Shown here in pieces: positions 9,599 to 19,329 of a stretch of DNA of 64,000 bases. A program made the position numbers and the translations under genes. A model generated the notes under the pieces. The model had not been told where the DNA came from. It searched no databases and saw only the letters and a program-made list of their open reading frames with translations. The DNA is taken from contig JAKPMO010000002.1 in NCBI GenBank assembly GCA_029548865.1, positions 1 to 64,000 of the forward strand, in the 5' to 3' direction. Positions within the stretch are counted from its first letter, which is position 1, and each line of letters opens with the position of its first letter. Source of the DNA: Caldisericota bacterium. GTDB lineage: Bacteria; Caldisericota; Caldisericia; JAAYUI01.

Positions 9599-10771
9599 TC
9601 ACCCAGAAATTTTGTAGCAGGTCGTTTTGTTTTTGGATTCAACAAAGAGGAGCTCACCATCCTGAATGATGTTTGTAACACCCTCTCCGAGGTTGGTTGT
9701 TGAAAGCTCCCTGCCTGTTTTTGCATCACACAGAATAGCAAGTGTTGTCTGGTTTTCTCCAAATTTTGTCCGGACAAATTTGTCCCCAAGGGAGAACATA
9801 AATTCCCTGGCCGTTCTCTCTAACCTTGTTTCCCAAACCTTGGTCCCCGACTCTGGATCAAACGCATACATGCTGAAATTGCCCTGCCCAGTTGATACAA
9901 TTGATATGAAAAATTCTTTTGTGGCCGCCATTCCAAATGGCCTGTCAAGTTTTGCCTTTGTTTTTCCGGTGAAGATGTTTCTGCAGAATATGGACAATCC
10001 TCCTGCAACATCGCAATCATGGCCAAGGAAAAATGTATAGTCTCCAACAAAGCAGGGGGTATTTCCCGTCATGCCATCAAGATTTTTTGGGGCAAGCGGG
10101 CAGTCGTTCTGGGGTGTTGCCCACAATTGTGACTTTGTTTTCAGGTCTAGACACATAATATGGCTCCCTGTCCAGAACTGGAGATCTTTGTATGTCCCGG
10201 CCAGTCGCTTCAATGGCCCGGATCCTGTGCCTGCCTTCCAGATCAGTTGTCCATTTTCTGAATCAAAACACTGGATGATGCCGTGCTGGATCAAGTAAAA
10301 ATTATTCCCATCCACGAATGGCATTTTTTCCGGGTTGATATCATCAAGCATTCCAAGTGACCATATTTGCTTGCCATCATTTTTGTTGAAACAATTGAAT
10401 GAGTACTTGTCACCTTCGCGCTGGAGAACAAAAAGCCTGTCACCTTCAAGCTGGAAATTGTCGGCCCTTATGGCGTCCCAGTTAATGGGTTCCCTCTTGC
10501 CTTCTTTCCACAACTGGTTGCCAGTCTTGGAATCAAAGCATGCAAAAAGGGTCTGGTTTTCCATGTTTGGCCAGCCTGCGACGATGACACCGTCTTTTGC
10601 TACGAGGGGGATTGTCCTTCTTATCTCCCAGAGCTTTGCAAAGGATGGCTCGCCTCTTGCGATCCGGGCACTCACAGATGACAGGGCTATGACTACGCAA
10701 ATTAGTGCAATTATCAGCTTGTTTTCTCTGTTTCTCACCTTGGGTGGAATTTTATTCCATAGTCCATCCAA
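9599..10771 (-). CDS. PQQ-like beta-propeller repeat surface protein
   Basis: N-terminal TM; repeated 'CFDxxTGxxxW' blades. Confidence 0.8.
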   Translation of the reverse strand: MDGLWNKIPPKVRNRENKLIIALICVVIALSSVSARIARGEPSFAKLWEIRRTIPLVAKDGVIVAGWPNMENQTLFACFDSKTGNQLWKEGKREPINWDAIRADNFQLEGDRLFVLQREGDKYSFNCFNKNDGKQIWSLGMLDDINPEKMPFVDGNNFYLIQHGIIQCFDSENGQLIWKAGTGSGPLKRLAGTYKDLQFWTGSHIMCLDLKTKSQLWATPQNDCPLAPKNLDGMTGNTPCFVGDYTFFLGHDCDVAGGLSIFCRNIFTGKTKAKLDRPFGMAATKEFFISIVSTGQGNFSMYAFDPESGTKVWETRLERTAREFMFSLGDKFVRTKFGENQTTLAILCDAKTGRELSTTNLGEGVTNIIQDGELLFVESKNKTTCYKISG

Positions 10772-10774
10772 ATG

Positions 10775-12151
10775 CTATAGCCCAAGCAGTAGCTTGGCCA
10801 GCGAGAAGTAGATCAAAAGTCCGCTCATGTCAACGATTGTTGTCAATGCAGGGCTGGCAATGAGTGCAGGATCAAGCTTGATCGCAGACACAACAAGCGG
10901 CAATGTGGCACCGACGACAGTTGATGTTACAACCTGGATTGAGAGGGCAAGAGAAATCATTATGCCGACATTTATCAGTGTAAACCCTGCTGGTAGTACC
11001 TCCCCGCTGGAAAGCAGAATCACTTTGAGGAAGGCGAGCAGTCCCAAAAGAACACTCATCATGATTCCTGTGGCAAATTCCTTGCCTATTATCCTGAAGA
11101 AATGCTTTGGCGTTATCTCTTTGAGTGCGAGTGCCCTTATGATGACCGTTGAAGATTGGGTGCCGCAGTTACCACCGGTATCGGCGAGCATTGGCATGTA
11201 CAGGGCAAGTATGATCAGTTTGGAAAGGGAGTCCTGGAAGGTGTGGAGGATGGTTCCACTTATCAAGCCCAATGCGGCCAACGAGGCCACCCACGGTATC
11301 CTTTTGAGGAAGTTCTGGAACGGAGATGATTTGAGGTATGCCATTTCCCCTGCCGTTGGAACGATTTTTCCCATTCCAAGGATGTCTTCTGTTTGCTCCT
11401 CGGTTATGACATCTGCAGCGTCGTCATGCGTTATCACGCCAACGAGCTGATCTCTGTCGTTTATTACGGGAATGGCAATAAGGTCATATTTTTGTATTAT
11501 CTCTGCAGCTTTTTCCTGAGGATCGGTTGTTTTTACCATCTCAAGGTCCTCAAACATGACATCGGCCACTTTTTTGCGCGGATCATTTACAATGAGGTTT
11601 CTGAGAGAGATCATGCCCAAGAGCCTGTTTGTGCCATCAACCACATAAATATAATAGATCGTTTCTTTGTGTGGTCCATCGAGTCTGACTTTTTCTGTCG
11701 CCTGGGCTATTGTCATGTTGGGCCCAACCGTGACGTAATCAGCACTCATAAGGGCGCCGCAAGTTCCCTCTTCCTGTTCGGCTAGCGATTTGAGCTGTTC
11801 TCTTTTTGCTTTTGCAAGCAATGGCATTAGGCTGTTCGAGAGGGGTTCGGGCAATTCATTGATGAGGTCTGCGCCCTCATCGGAAAGCATGTGAGAAATG
11901 AGCGAAGCGAGGTCCTCTTTTTTCAGTTTTTCGGCCAACTCTACTTGTGTGTCAAGATCAAGATAGCCCATGACTTCCCCGGACTGGTGTATCTCAATGC
12001 CACGGAGAATTCTGACCATTGTTTCTGGATCGAGTTCTGCAATAGCCTCTGCAATGTCAGATGAGGAAAACTCTGCGCAATATTCTTCAATTGCCTTGAG
12101 TTTGCCCTCTTCAAGTAGTGACAGGAGTTGTTCCCTGATTTCGTTTTTCAT
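10775..12151 (-). CDS. mgtE: Magnesium transporter MgtE
   Basis: MgtE-N, CBS pair (IYYIYVVD, YDLIAIPV), TM domain with DTGGNCGTQS and PALTTIVD. Confidence 0.95.
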   Translation of the reverse strand: MKNEIREQLLSLLEEGKLKAIEEYCAEFSSSDIAEAIAELDPETMVRILRGIEIHQSGEVMGYLDLDTQVELAEKLKKEDLASLISHMLSDEGADLINELPEPLSNSLMPLLAKAKREQLKSLAEQEEGTCGALMSADYVTVGPNMTIAQATEKVRLDGPHKETIYYIYVVDGTNRLLGMISLRNLIVNDPRKKVADVMFEDLEMVKTTDPQEKAAEIIQKYDLIAIPVINDRDQLVGVITHDDAADVITEEQTEDILGMGKIVPTAGEMAYLKSSPFQNFLKRIPWVASLAALGLISGTILHTFQDSLSKLIILALYMPMLADTGGNCGTQSSTVIIRALALKEITPKHFFRIIGKEFATGIMMSVLLGLLAFLKVILLSSGEVLPAGFTLINVGIMISLALSIQVVTSTVVGATLPLVVSAIKLDPALIASPALTTIVDMSGLLIYFSLAKLLLGL

Positions 12152-12153
12152 GC

Positions 12154-12286
12154 GCTTGCCTCTAAAAGTGATTTGATGGCATGAGGCAAGCTTAAGAAGG
12201 GGTTAGGCCGGCCTCATGGCGCTGTTTGTACAACTAGGGTAAGGGCTAGGGCTATCAGATTCTATAGCTTCCATGAGGACCTCCTT
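12154..12286 (-). promoter_or_regulatory. Putative translational attenuator in the mgtE leader
   Basis: 9-bp helix GCUUGCCUC(12191-12183)/GAGGCAAGC(12162-12154) covers the mgtE SD; competing 8-bp helix CAUGAGGC(12218-12211)/GCCUCAUG(12187-12180). Confidence 0.7.
12203..12274 (-). CDS. MgtL-like Pro-containing leader peptide MEAIESDSPSPYPSCTNSAMRPA
   Basis: AAGGAGG SD (12286-12280), ATG 12274, TAA 12205-12203; P-x-P-x-P core; lies in the leader of a Mg2+ transporter. Confidence 0.75.
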   Translation of the reverse strand: MEAIESDSPSPYPSCTNSAMRPA

Positions 12287-12434
12287 CTTTTTTTGCTTTT
12301 TATGTAGTTAAACAGTATGCCCATGGTTTGTCAACACTATTTTATTTAGCTCCTGAAATTCGCTCCAATACAACATTAGTGGACATCTTGGAATTTGACC
12401 TGGTTGGAGGGGTTAAAAGATTATTTTGAAGGAT

Positions 12435-13253
12435 TCATTTTGTTTGTTTTTTGGTAGTACATTCAACTCCGCATGAAGTAAGGAATCCGTCCAGATCAGT
12501 GTCTGTTCTTATTCCAAGCCTTGTGAGCGGAAAATCATACCTTGTGGGATCATCAGGGTCGAATTTCCTAAAATTTTCCGTTATCTGAAGGGCCGTTTTC
12601 AGATTTGCCTGATTTCTGTCCGTGAGGCCAAGCTTTCTGCAAATGTTGAACATATGCGTGTCCAGAGGGACGATTAGCCCCTTTTTTGGAACACCATTCC
12701 AGCCCCCAGGATCGACATCGCTGTCCCTTACCATCCACCTGAAATACAGGTTCAGCCTTTTGCAGGCGGAATCTTTTTCAGGTGCTGGAACAAGGCTGTT
12801 TTTGCACCCTCCGCCTGTTATGCTGGACGTGAAAAAGCATTGCGCTTCAACCATCTCATCGCGCGATTTTTTCAGGCCGTGGACAAAACACTCGTTAAGG
12901 CTGCCAAACTCCTTCAAGGCATGTCTTGTTCCCAAAAGCATGGCGACAATCTCCTCACCAGTCGTAAATCTGTGCTTGAATCCTGCAAAGAACTTTTCAA
13001 GGAGACTGGGAGAAGTTTCAAGAAGAAACAGCCTTGGTGAATTGCCAAGAACATCCAGGACCTTCCGGACAGACTTGAGGATCTGTGCGACCCTGCCATA
13101 AGCCAGCGATGAGGCAATGAGCCCAACTATTTCCCTGTCGCCAGTGTCCTGGTAAAGATACAGGAATTCCAGCGGGTCAGGATGCACAAACTCTTTTTTA
13201 GCGTATTGTTGATAAAGCTGCTCCAACCTTTCATGGAGCAGATCACTGTTCAC
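12435..13253 (-). CDS. TIGR02757/DUF2400 family protein (HhH-GPD-like)
   Basis: [44 protein letters not shown] start overlaps the hrb stop (GTGA). Confidence 0.88.
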   Translation of the reverse strand: MNSDLLHERLEQLYQQYAKKEFVHPDPLEFLYLYQDTGDREIVGLIASSLAYGRVAQILKSVRKVLDVLGNSPRLFLLETSPSLLEKFFAGFKHRFTTGEEIVAMLLGTRHALKEFGSLNECFVHGLKKSRDEMVEAQCFFTSSITGGGCKNSLVPAPEKDSACKRLNLYFRWMVRDSDVDPGGWNGVPKKGLIVPLDTHMFNICRKLGLTDRNQANLKTALQITENFRKFDPDDPTRYDFPLTRLGIRTDTDLDGFLTSCGVECTTKKQTK

Positions 13254-13951
13254 TCCGGCGAGAATTCTGACTTGGCAGCGCCACAGATTGGGCAGACCCA
13301 ATTGTCAGGGAGCTTTTCAAATGGCGTTCCTGCCGGGATTCCGTTGTCCGGGTCGCCTTTTGCCGGGTCATAAACGTAGCCGCAAACGTTGCATGTGTAC
13401 TTTTTCATGGTCTTTTCCTCCTGTGGTTTGCTTTCTTCTTTTGCAGTTTCCTGGAAAGTCGGGGCTGATTTCGGAGCTTTGCCCTTTTTTTGATGGTAAA
13501 TCTCGTAAGTGAGAGGTTTTCCCTCTCTGAGGATTTCGGCCGAAATTATCTCCCCCAAAAATATTGTGTGGGTGCCGGCATCGAGCTGGCCAACCACCTT
13601 TGCCTCCATTGTGGCAAGGCTATTTTCTATTACCAGTGGGCAACCCAGGCCTTCCTTGTAGACTGACTTCGAGAGTTTGTCAGTGTCCCTGCCGCCCCTG
13701 AATCCGAACAGGCCAATAAATTCCATTGGCGTGTTTTCTTCCAGGACCGATACAGCAAAAACCTTTCCCTTTTCAATTATTTCATGGGTGAGGTTTTCCT
13801 TGTTGATTGAAATGGCGATTTTTGGCGGCTCCGATGTGACCTGGAAGACTGTGTTTGCTATTTGGCCGTTTGCTCTGTTGCCATCACACCGCGATGTGAC
13901 AACGTACATGCCGTAAGATATTGTCCAGAGGGCTTTTTTGTCCAGTGGCAT
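13250..13951 (-). CDS. hrb: High-molecular-weight rubredoxin (flavin reductase plus rubredoxin)
   Basis: ISYGMYVV...GTHTIFLG flavin reductase domain; CNVCGYVYD...WVCPICG rubredoxin domain. Confidence 0.9.
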   Translation of the reverse strand: MPLDKKALWTISYGMYVVTSRCDGNRANGQIANTVFQVTSEPPKIAISINKENLTHEIIEKGKVFAVSVLEENTPMEFIGLFGFRGGRDTDKLSKSVYKEGLGCPLVIENSLATMEAKVVGQLDAGTHTIFLGEIISAEILREGKPLTYEIYHQKKGKAPKSAPTFQETAKEESKPQEEKTMKKYTCNVCGYVYDPAKGDPDNGIPAGTPFEKLPDNWVCPICGAAKSEFSPE

Positions 13952-13959
13952 TTTTCTCC

Positions 13960-15177
13960 TTACTGTTGCGGTAGCTTGCAACCTTCCCTAAGTTTTTCTC
14001 CAAGCAGAGCACCTAGCTCATAGCATTTTTTCAGATCATCGTCTTTTGGAACGTGTTTTACCTTTAATGGGTCGGCAACGAGATTTACCTTCATCTCGCC
14101 CAGTATCTTTGCAATCTGGTCTGCCGCCTCGCCACTCCAGCCGTATGACCCGAATGAGGCACCTATGAGGTTCCTTGGTGAAAGGCCCTTCAGGTATGTA
14201 AGAATATCTGCAACCCTTGGCAACATGTTGCGATTGAGCGTTGATGAACCAACTATCAGAGCGCCTGCCTCAATCAATTCCGTAGCTATGAATGTCCTGT
14301 GTGATGATTCGAGTGGGTAAAGCATGGCTTCGATACCCTGCGAATCCAGGCCTTCACAAATTGCTTTTGCCATCATTTCAGTTGAGTGCCACATCGTGTC
14401 GTAGACAACGATTGCTCTCTCGCAGAATTTCTGTGCAGCCATTTTTTTGTACAATTCGAGGATTTGTGGAATCCTGGACCTCCAGATCGGGCCATGGTCT
14501 GGTGCGATGGTTTTGATGTCCAGGTTTAATCCGCCGAGTTTGTCGAAGAACTTGAGGACAAAATCGGAGTAGGGGAGGATGATGTTTGCGTAGTATGTTT
14601 TTGCTTCCCACTCAAGCATGTCCCAGGGGATTTCGTCGTCAAATTTTTTGTAGGTGCCAAGGTGCATTCCAAACGCGTCCTGTGAGAAAAGCAGTTTTTC
14701 GCTGTCAAGGTAGGTCATCATGCTGTCTGGCCAGTGGAGCATCCTTGACTCGATGAATGTCGCATTCATACTACCAAGATTGAGGGTTTCACCGTCTTTT
14801 ACAGGCGTTATCTCGCCTATGCCATGCAGCTCATCCCTGAGCACAGAAGCTCCTACAGTGGAAGCAAAGACTTTTTCAGGTTTTATTGCTTCCATGGCCT
14901 CAGTCAGGCAACCTGAATGGTCCATTTCGGCATGGTTCGAGATGATATAGTCAATTTTTGAAGGATCGACCACCGAGGAAATCCTTTCCATCATCTCTGG
15001 AAAATGCGGTTTTTTGACAGTGTCGATAAGTGTTATCTTGTCGGCCACTACAAGGTACGCGTTATAGGTGGTTCCCCTTGGCGTCCTGTATCCATGGAAT
15101 TCCTTGAGCGAACGGTCGATGACGCCAACCCACCACACTTTATCGGTCACTTTTACTGCTTTGTATATACCTGGCAT
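13960..15177 (-). CDS. fprA: Flavodiiron protein (FprA, O2/NO reductase)
   Basis: GTTYNAY, HAEMDH, HWPD, DAFG, PDHG motifs and flavodoxin [10 protein letters not shown]. Confidence 0.95.
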   Translation of the reverse strand: MPGIYKAVKVTDKVWWVGVIDRSLKEFHGYRTPRGTTYNAYLVVADKITLIDTVKKPHFPEMMERISSVVDPSKIDYIISNHAEMDHSGCLTEAMEAIKPEKVFASTVGASVLRDELHGIGEITPVKDGETLNLGSMNATFIESRMLHWPDSMMTYLDSEKLLFSQDAFGMHLGTYKKFDDEIPWDMLEWEAKTYYANIILPYSDFVLKFFDKLGGLNLDIKTIAPDHGPIWRSRIPQILELYKKMAAQKFCERAIVVYDTMWHSTEMMAKAICEGLDSQGIEAMLYPLESSHRTFIATELIEAGALIVGSSTLNRNMLPRVADILTYLKGLSPRNLIGASFGSYGWSGEAADQIAKILGEMKVNLVADPLKVKHVPKDDDLKKCYELGALLGEKLREGCKLPQQ

Positions 15178-15248
15178 TGTTCCTCCGTTAGAAATTTACA
15201 CAAGATGATATAAAAATAAAGCATTGTATTGAATTACATTTTATCATT

Positions 15249-16082
15249 TTACAAAATTTGTTTTACATATATTTTCGTGAGTCCAACCATCTCTTCAAGG
15301 AACGCCTCGTCTTCTTCTGTAAAGGGGGAGACCTTGTGTGAATCTATGTCCAGCTCGCCAATCACTTTGTCTCCATCGATGATCGGGACAACAATTTCCG
15401 ATTTGACCCTGAACGAGCACGAGAGGTAGTTTGTTTCTTTTGAAACATCCTGAATGATGAAATTGGCTTTCTTGTCCGCGGCTTGCCCACAAATGCCCTG
15501 CCCGAAAGATATTCTTGTGTGCTCGGTTGGTTCCCCGACATACGGCCCAAGGACAAGCTCGTCTGGTTTGTTTGGGTCTGTGATGTAGTAACCGACCCAG
15601 TCGTAATGTGGAACATTATTTTTGAGCAACAGGCAAACTGCCTCGAGCGTTTCTCTTGGATTTTGTGTTTTTGCGAGCATGCCTTTTATCGCGCCAATTA
15701 CCTTTGAAAAACTCTCCTTGCGATTGGCCTCAAAAGATGCTGTTTTTGACTCATCCCAGACATCGAACGCCCTTCTAATGTGGGGAATTGTTATTGATCC
15801 TCCAACTATGAGACCGATTGTGAGCGTGTCAACCAGTTCCTCGTCGCTGACATTTTTTTCCAGGCATTGCATGAGGTGGTAATTGATACAGTCATCACAG
15901 CGGAGCACCAGTGAGGCGACAAGTCCCATCAGCTCCTTGGTTTTTTCCGTGAGAGCGCCAGCCTGGTAGCACCTGTAATCGAGCCCCATAAAATCTTTCA
16001 TGGTTTTGCCGGCATACTCTGAAAGGGTTTTGTTCAGTCTGTCGCGTTCGTTCTTGAAGTTTTGAATCTTAGAGTTCTCCAT
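15249..16082 (-). CDS. AhpD/CMD-like domain fused to a free Met-R-sulfoxide reductase-like GAF domain
   Basis: KTKELMGLVAS...RCDDCINYH; WVGYY, LGPYVG, GQGICG, YLSC, SEIVVP, ELDIDS. Confidence 0.85.
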   Translation of the reverse strand: MENSKIQNFKNERDRLNKTLSEYAGKTMKDFMGLDYRCYQAGALTEKTKELMGLVASLVLRCDDCINYHLMQCLEKNVSDEELVDTLTIGLIVGGSITIPHIRRAFDVWDESKTASFEANRKESFSKVIGAIKGMLAKTQNPRETLEAVCLLLKNNVPHYDWVGYYITDPNKPDELVLGPYVGEPTEHTRISFGQGICGQAADKKANFIIQDVSKETNYLSCSFRVKSEIVVPIIDGDKVIGELDIDSHKVSPFTEEDEAFLEEMVGLTKIYVKQIL

Positions 16083-16140
16083 GTGTCCATTTTACATTTT
16101 TTGGGTAAACTGCAAAAGATTTTCAAAAAATATGCAGCAC

Positions 16141-16172
16141 AAAAAAAGGCGGGGTAATACCCCCGCCTTTTT
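16141..16172 (-). terminator. Intrinsic terminator after ferritin
   Basis: AAAAAGGCGGGG-loop-CCCCGCCTTTTT with A/T tracts on both sides. Confidence 0.88.
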
Positions 16173-16187
16173 GGTTAAGCATGGTTC

Positions 16188-16700
16188 CTATGCCAGTGCT
16201 GAGCCCTCACCCGGCTTTCGATGGCCGAGTCCCTGGTCTGCATAAATCAGTGACATGCCGGAAGAACCTGCCCTCTCAAGCAGGGCAACTACTTCCTGGG
16301 TCTGCTTTTCTTCCTCTATCTGTTCCTCAAGGAACCAGTGGAGCAGTGGCATCGATGTGAAATCTTCAATTTCTTTGGCCACTTTCACGAGGCTGTTAAT
16401 TTTGGAAGAAATGAAGAGTTCATGATCATAGGCTTCTTTCCATACCTGAAGCGGGTTTTCCCATGTGGCCTTCAGGACCGAGAGAGGATAGAGAATAACT
16501 TTTGCGCCACGTTCCACAAGGTGGTTGAAAAATTTCATTGCATGGATCATTTCTTCGTGCGCCTGTGCCCTCATCCAGCTTGCCATCCCGTCGAGGTTCT
16601 GGTCATGGAAATATGCCGCCATGTTCAGGTAGAGGTAATAGGATTCAAGCTCATGTTTGATCTGATCGTTCATCAGCTCGTGCATTTTGTTTGGTACCAC
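16188..16700 (-). CDS. ftnA: Non-heme ferritin
   Basis: ELESYYLY, QAHEEMIHA, HE, EQIEEE ferroxidase residues. Confidence 0.92.
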   Translation of the reverse strand: MVPNKMHELMNDQIKHELESYYLYLNMAAYFHDQNLDGMASWMRAQAHEEMIHAMKFFNHLVERGAKVILYPLSVLKATWENPLQVWKEAYDHELFISSKINSLVKVAKEIEDFTSMPLLHWFLEEQIEEEKQTQEVVALLERAGSSGMSLIYADQGLGHRKPGEGSALA

Positions 16701-17081
16701 TTACATCTCTCCTTTCCAGAGGCCGTGAATGTTGCAATATTCCCTTGCCACCACCTTGTCCGGATGGACATTGAATGTCGCCTCTGGCGGGTCACCCGGT
16801 TTCAGGAATTGCCTGCATGCCTTGTCACCAAATATTATCTGTATCCATTCAATATAGTGTTTTTCTTCCATCGGATGGGCAACGGCCCCAACTTTTACCT
16901 TTACCCCGTCAGGTGTATGCTCAATGACTGGAACATGCTTTTCTTTTGAAGCATCAACCGTGTTTTCCTGCTGGAGGACCATCGGTTTGTTGCAGCAGAC
17001 GAGTGTTCCAACGCCGCCATGAATGACCTCAACGATGTTTCCACAAATTTCGCACTTGTAAATCTCAAGCTTGTTTGCCAT
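16701..17081 (-). CDS. dfx: Desulfoferrodoxin (2Fe superoxide reductase)
   Basis: [32 protein letters not shown]. Confidence 0.96.
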   Translation of the reverse strand: MANKLEIYKCEICGNIVEVIHGGVGTLVCCNKPMVLQQENTVDASKEKHVPVIEHTPDGVKVKVGAVAHPMEEKHYIEWIQIIFGDKACRQFLKPGDPPEATFNVHPDKVVAREYCNIHGLWKGEM

Positions 17082-17114
17082 TAACCCTCCTCTTTCCTTT
17101 TCTAGATTTGTTTA

Positions 17115-17690
17115 TTACCAGTTTTCTGCCAGAATTTCGTAGTAAGCCATTGGATGGTTACAGGCTGGGCAAATTTCTGGTGCTTCTGTCCCTTCGTGGA
17201 GGTAGCCGCAGTTCCTGCATCTCCAGACCGCCTTATGCTCTTTACTAAAAACCTTTCCCTTTTCAATGTTTGCCGCCAATGCGCGGTATCTTTTCTCGTG
17301 TTGTTTTTCGGCGTTGGCAATCGCCGTAAAAACTGCAGCGATCTGAACAAATCCTTCTTTTTCGGCCACTTTGGCAAACTCTGGATACATTACTGAATGT
17401 TCATGGTTCTCGCCGCTCGCCGCTGCAAGTAGGTTCTCAAGCGTTGTACTTATGATTCCTGAAGGAAAAGTGGCTGTTACCTCAAGATCGCCGCCCTCGA
17501 GGAACTTAAAAATTCTTTTTGCATGCTCTTTCTCCTGATTTGCTGTTTCTTCAAAGATGTCAGAGATTTGCATGAACCCTTCATCTCTTGCCTTTGAGGC
17601 AAAATAGGTGTAGCGGTTTCTTGCCTGTGCCTCACCAGCAAAAGCTTTTAACAGATTCTTTTCAGTCATCGACCCCTTCAAATTGCTCAT
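17115..17690 (-). CDS. rbr: Rubrerythrin
   Basis: [26 protein letters not shown]...CPACNH. Confidence 0.96.
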   Translation of the reverse strand: MSNLKGSMTEKNLLKAFAGEAQARNRYTYFASKARDEGFMQISDIFEETANQEKEHAKRIFKFLEGGDLEVTATFPSGIISTTLENLLAAASGENHEHSVMYPEFAKVAEKEGFVQIAAVFTAIANAEKQHEKRYRALAANIEKGKVFSKEHKAVWRCRNCGYLHEGTEAPEICPACNHPMAYYEILAENW

Positions 17691-17709
17691 AATTTCCTCC
17701 TTGTTTTAT

Positions 17710-17738
17710 ATTTTAGACAATGTTTTTGGGTTTTTCAA
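17710..17738 (-). promoter_or_regulatory. Internal sigma70-type promoter for rbr-dfx-ftn
   Basis: TTGAAA-17-TAAAAT followed by an AAGGAGG SD. Confidence 0.55.
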
Positions 17739-18187
17739 ATTTTAATTTTTTCAGTATCAATCTCTTTTTCATCGGGTTTCTCATTTTTTTGGCATTTTGG
17801 GCAGATTCCGATAAACTCGAGCTTGCAATCAAGTACCGCGTAGCCACTTTTCTTGTTTGCAAGCTCGATGATACGCTGGGTTTGTTCAAAATCGATGTCG
17901 CCTACCCTTCCACATTTCACGCACCTTATATGATGGTGAGTTGACATGGTTGCGTCATAACGCGTTTGACCTGATGAGAATTGCAGCCTTTTTATGAGCC
18001 CTTCCTCACAAAGTATTTCAAGGTTCCTATATACTGTACTCAGGCTTATCCCGGAGAGTTTGTGTTTCACCTTTGTGTACAATTCATCAGCTGTCGGATG
18101 GGTGAGCATCTTTTTCAGCTCCTCAAGGACTGCCATCCGCTGTACAGTTGTTCGTCTAGCAATCTTTTTTGTGTTATCCTTATTCAT
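17735..18187 (-). CDS. perR: PerR-like Fur family regulator
   Basis: HPTADELY, SLSTVYRNL, HHHIRCVKCG, GICPKC; heads the rbr-dfx-ftn operon; start taken at ATG 18187. Confidence 0.8.
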   Translation of the reverse strand: MNKDNTKKIARRTTVQRMAVLEELKKMLTHPTADELYTKVKHKLSGISLSTVYRNLEILCEEGLIKRLQFSSGQTRYDATMSTHHHIRCVKCGRVGDIDFEQTQRIIELANKKSGYAVLDCKLEFIGICPKCQKNEKPDEKEIDTEKIKI

Positions 18188-18195
18188 AACGCAAA

Positions 18196-18232
18196 CTATT
18201 ATTAATAATAGCAACTCTATTATTTTTGTCAA
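18196..18232 (-). promoter_or_regulatory. perR promoter with overlapping AT-rich palindromic operators
   Basis: TTGACA-16-TATTAT; perfect palindrome CTATTATTAATAATAG (18196-18211); AATAATAG-N5-CTATTATT (18204-18224). Confidence 0.7.
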
Positions 18233-18309
18233 TCTTAAAAAGTTAACAAGTAATCATTTCACATTCTTAACACAGATTTGCAGGAATCTTTGCTAATATC
18301 ATAGAAGAA

Positions 18310-19329
18310 ATGAGAGAAAACAGGTCAAGGTCAGAGCTGATATTGACCATTTTAGTCAGTCTTTATATTGAAAAAGGCGAGCCCATATCATCAGAAGAGA
18401 TCACCTCCAAGATGCCATTCAAGGTCTCACCTGCTACGGTTCGCAATGAACTGGCGGCACTTGAGGAACAGGGTCTGCTTTTGAGACAGCACGTTTCATC
18501 TGGCAGGATACCGAGTTATAGAGCATACAGGCTTTATGTAGACAGGCTTCTTGACTCTGGCAAATTGAAACCAGCCAGTTTGAATGTTGAGTTGCCGGAA
18601 CACCGCAGGCTTGAAGCTGTACTCAGGGCTGTTTCTGTGACGCTTTCTGAACACACAAAAACTGCATCGCTTGTCATGTTTCCACTTGCCAGAAAGCTCA
18701 AGATAAAATCCTTCCATCTTTTGGGTATTTCGCCAAACAGGGTCCTCTTGGTTATTGTTGTCAATGCTGAAGATATAAGGGAATTTATTCTTTCAATGCC
18801 AATTGTGCCTGATCAGGACCTCCTGGACAGGATTTCAAGGGCCATATATTCAAAAATAGAACCCAGACAGAATTGGGCACCAATCCAGGTTTTGCAGGAT
18901 ATCGTTCGTGACAACCAAGACCTTGCAGAAGAAAAGGACCTGATTCTCAATGTTCTACAATTGATAAGAGAGATAGCCTCAAAAGAGGCTGTCCAGATAT
19001 ATATGGAAGGCACCCATAGATTGCTTCTGAATCCTGAGCTTGCCGATCTCAATAAGGCAAGGCACCTTATTGCTGCTCTTTCTGCACAGGATGGATTGAG
19101 AGATCTTCTTCTTGACACCGTTACAAAGGGAAAATTGGACATTGTTCTTGGTTCTGAAGCAGGACGTCCTGAAATGGAGGACGTGGCGTATATTGGTGCC
19201 CCATATCAAGTGGATGATGCAATAGGCGTCCTTTCGCTTATAGGACCTCTCAGGATGAATTACGTACTCATGTTTGGAGCACTCACAACAATCGCAAGTA
19301 AACTCGAAAAGGAGCTCAAGAAAGAATAA
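18310..19329 (+). CDS. hrcA: Heat-inducible transcription repressor HrcA
   Basis: VSPATVRNELAALE, HVSSGRIPS, YRLYVD, IGPLRMNY. Confidence 0.92.
   Translation: MRENRSRSELILTILVSLYIEKGEPISSEEITSKMPFKVSPATVRNELAALEEQGLLLRQHVSSGRIPSYRAYRLYVDRLLDSGKLKPASLNVELPEHRRLEAVLRAVSVTLSEHTKTASLVMFPLARKLKIKSFHLLGISPNRVLLVIVVNAEDIREFILSMPIVPDQDLLDRISRAIYSKIEPRQNWAPIQVLQDIVRDNQDLAEEKDLILNVLQLIREIASKEAVQIYMEGTHRLLLNPELADLNKARHLIAALSAQDGLRDLLLDTVTKGKLDIVLGSEAGRPEMEDVAYIGAPYQVDDAIGVLSLIGPLRMNYVLMFGALTTIASKLEKELKKE

Noticed and set aside
12152..12434. M-box (ykoK) riboswitch upstream of mgtE
   Set aside because: No recognisable M-box core or terminator; the leader is occupied by the uORF and SD-sequestering helices
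17102..17377. Alternate-frame ORFs within rbr and other genes
   Set aside because: They overlap confidently assigned genes and have no SD or motifs
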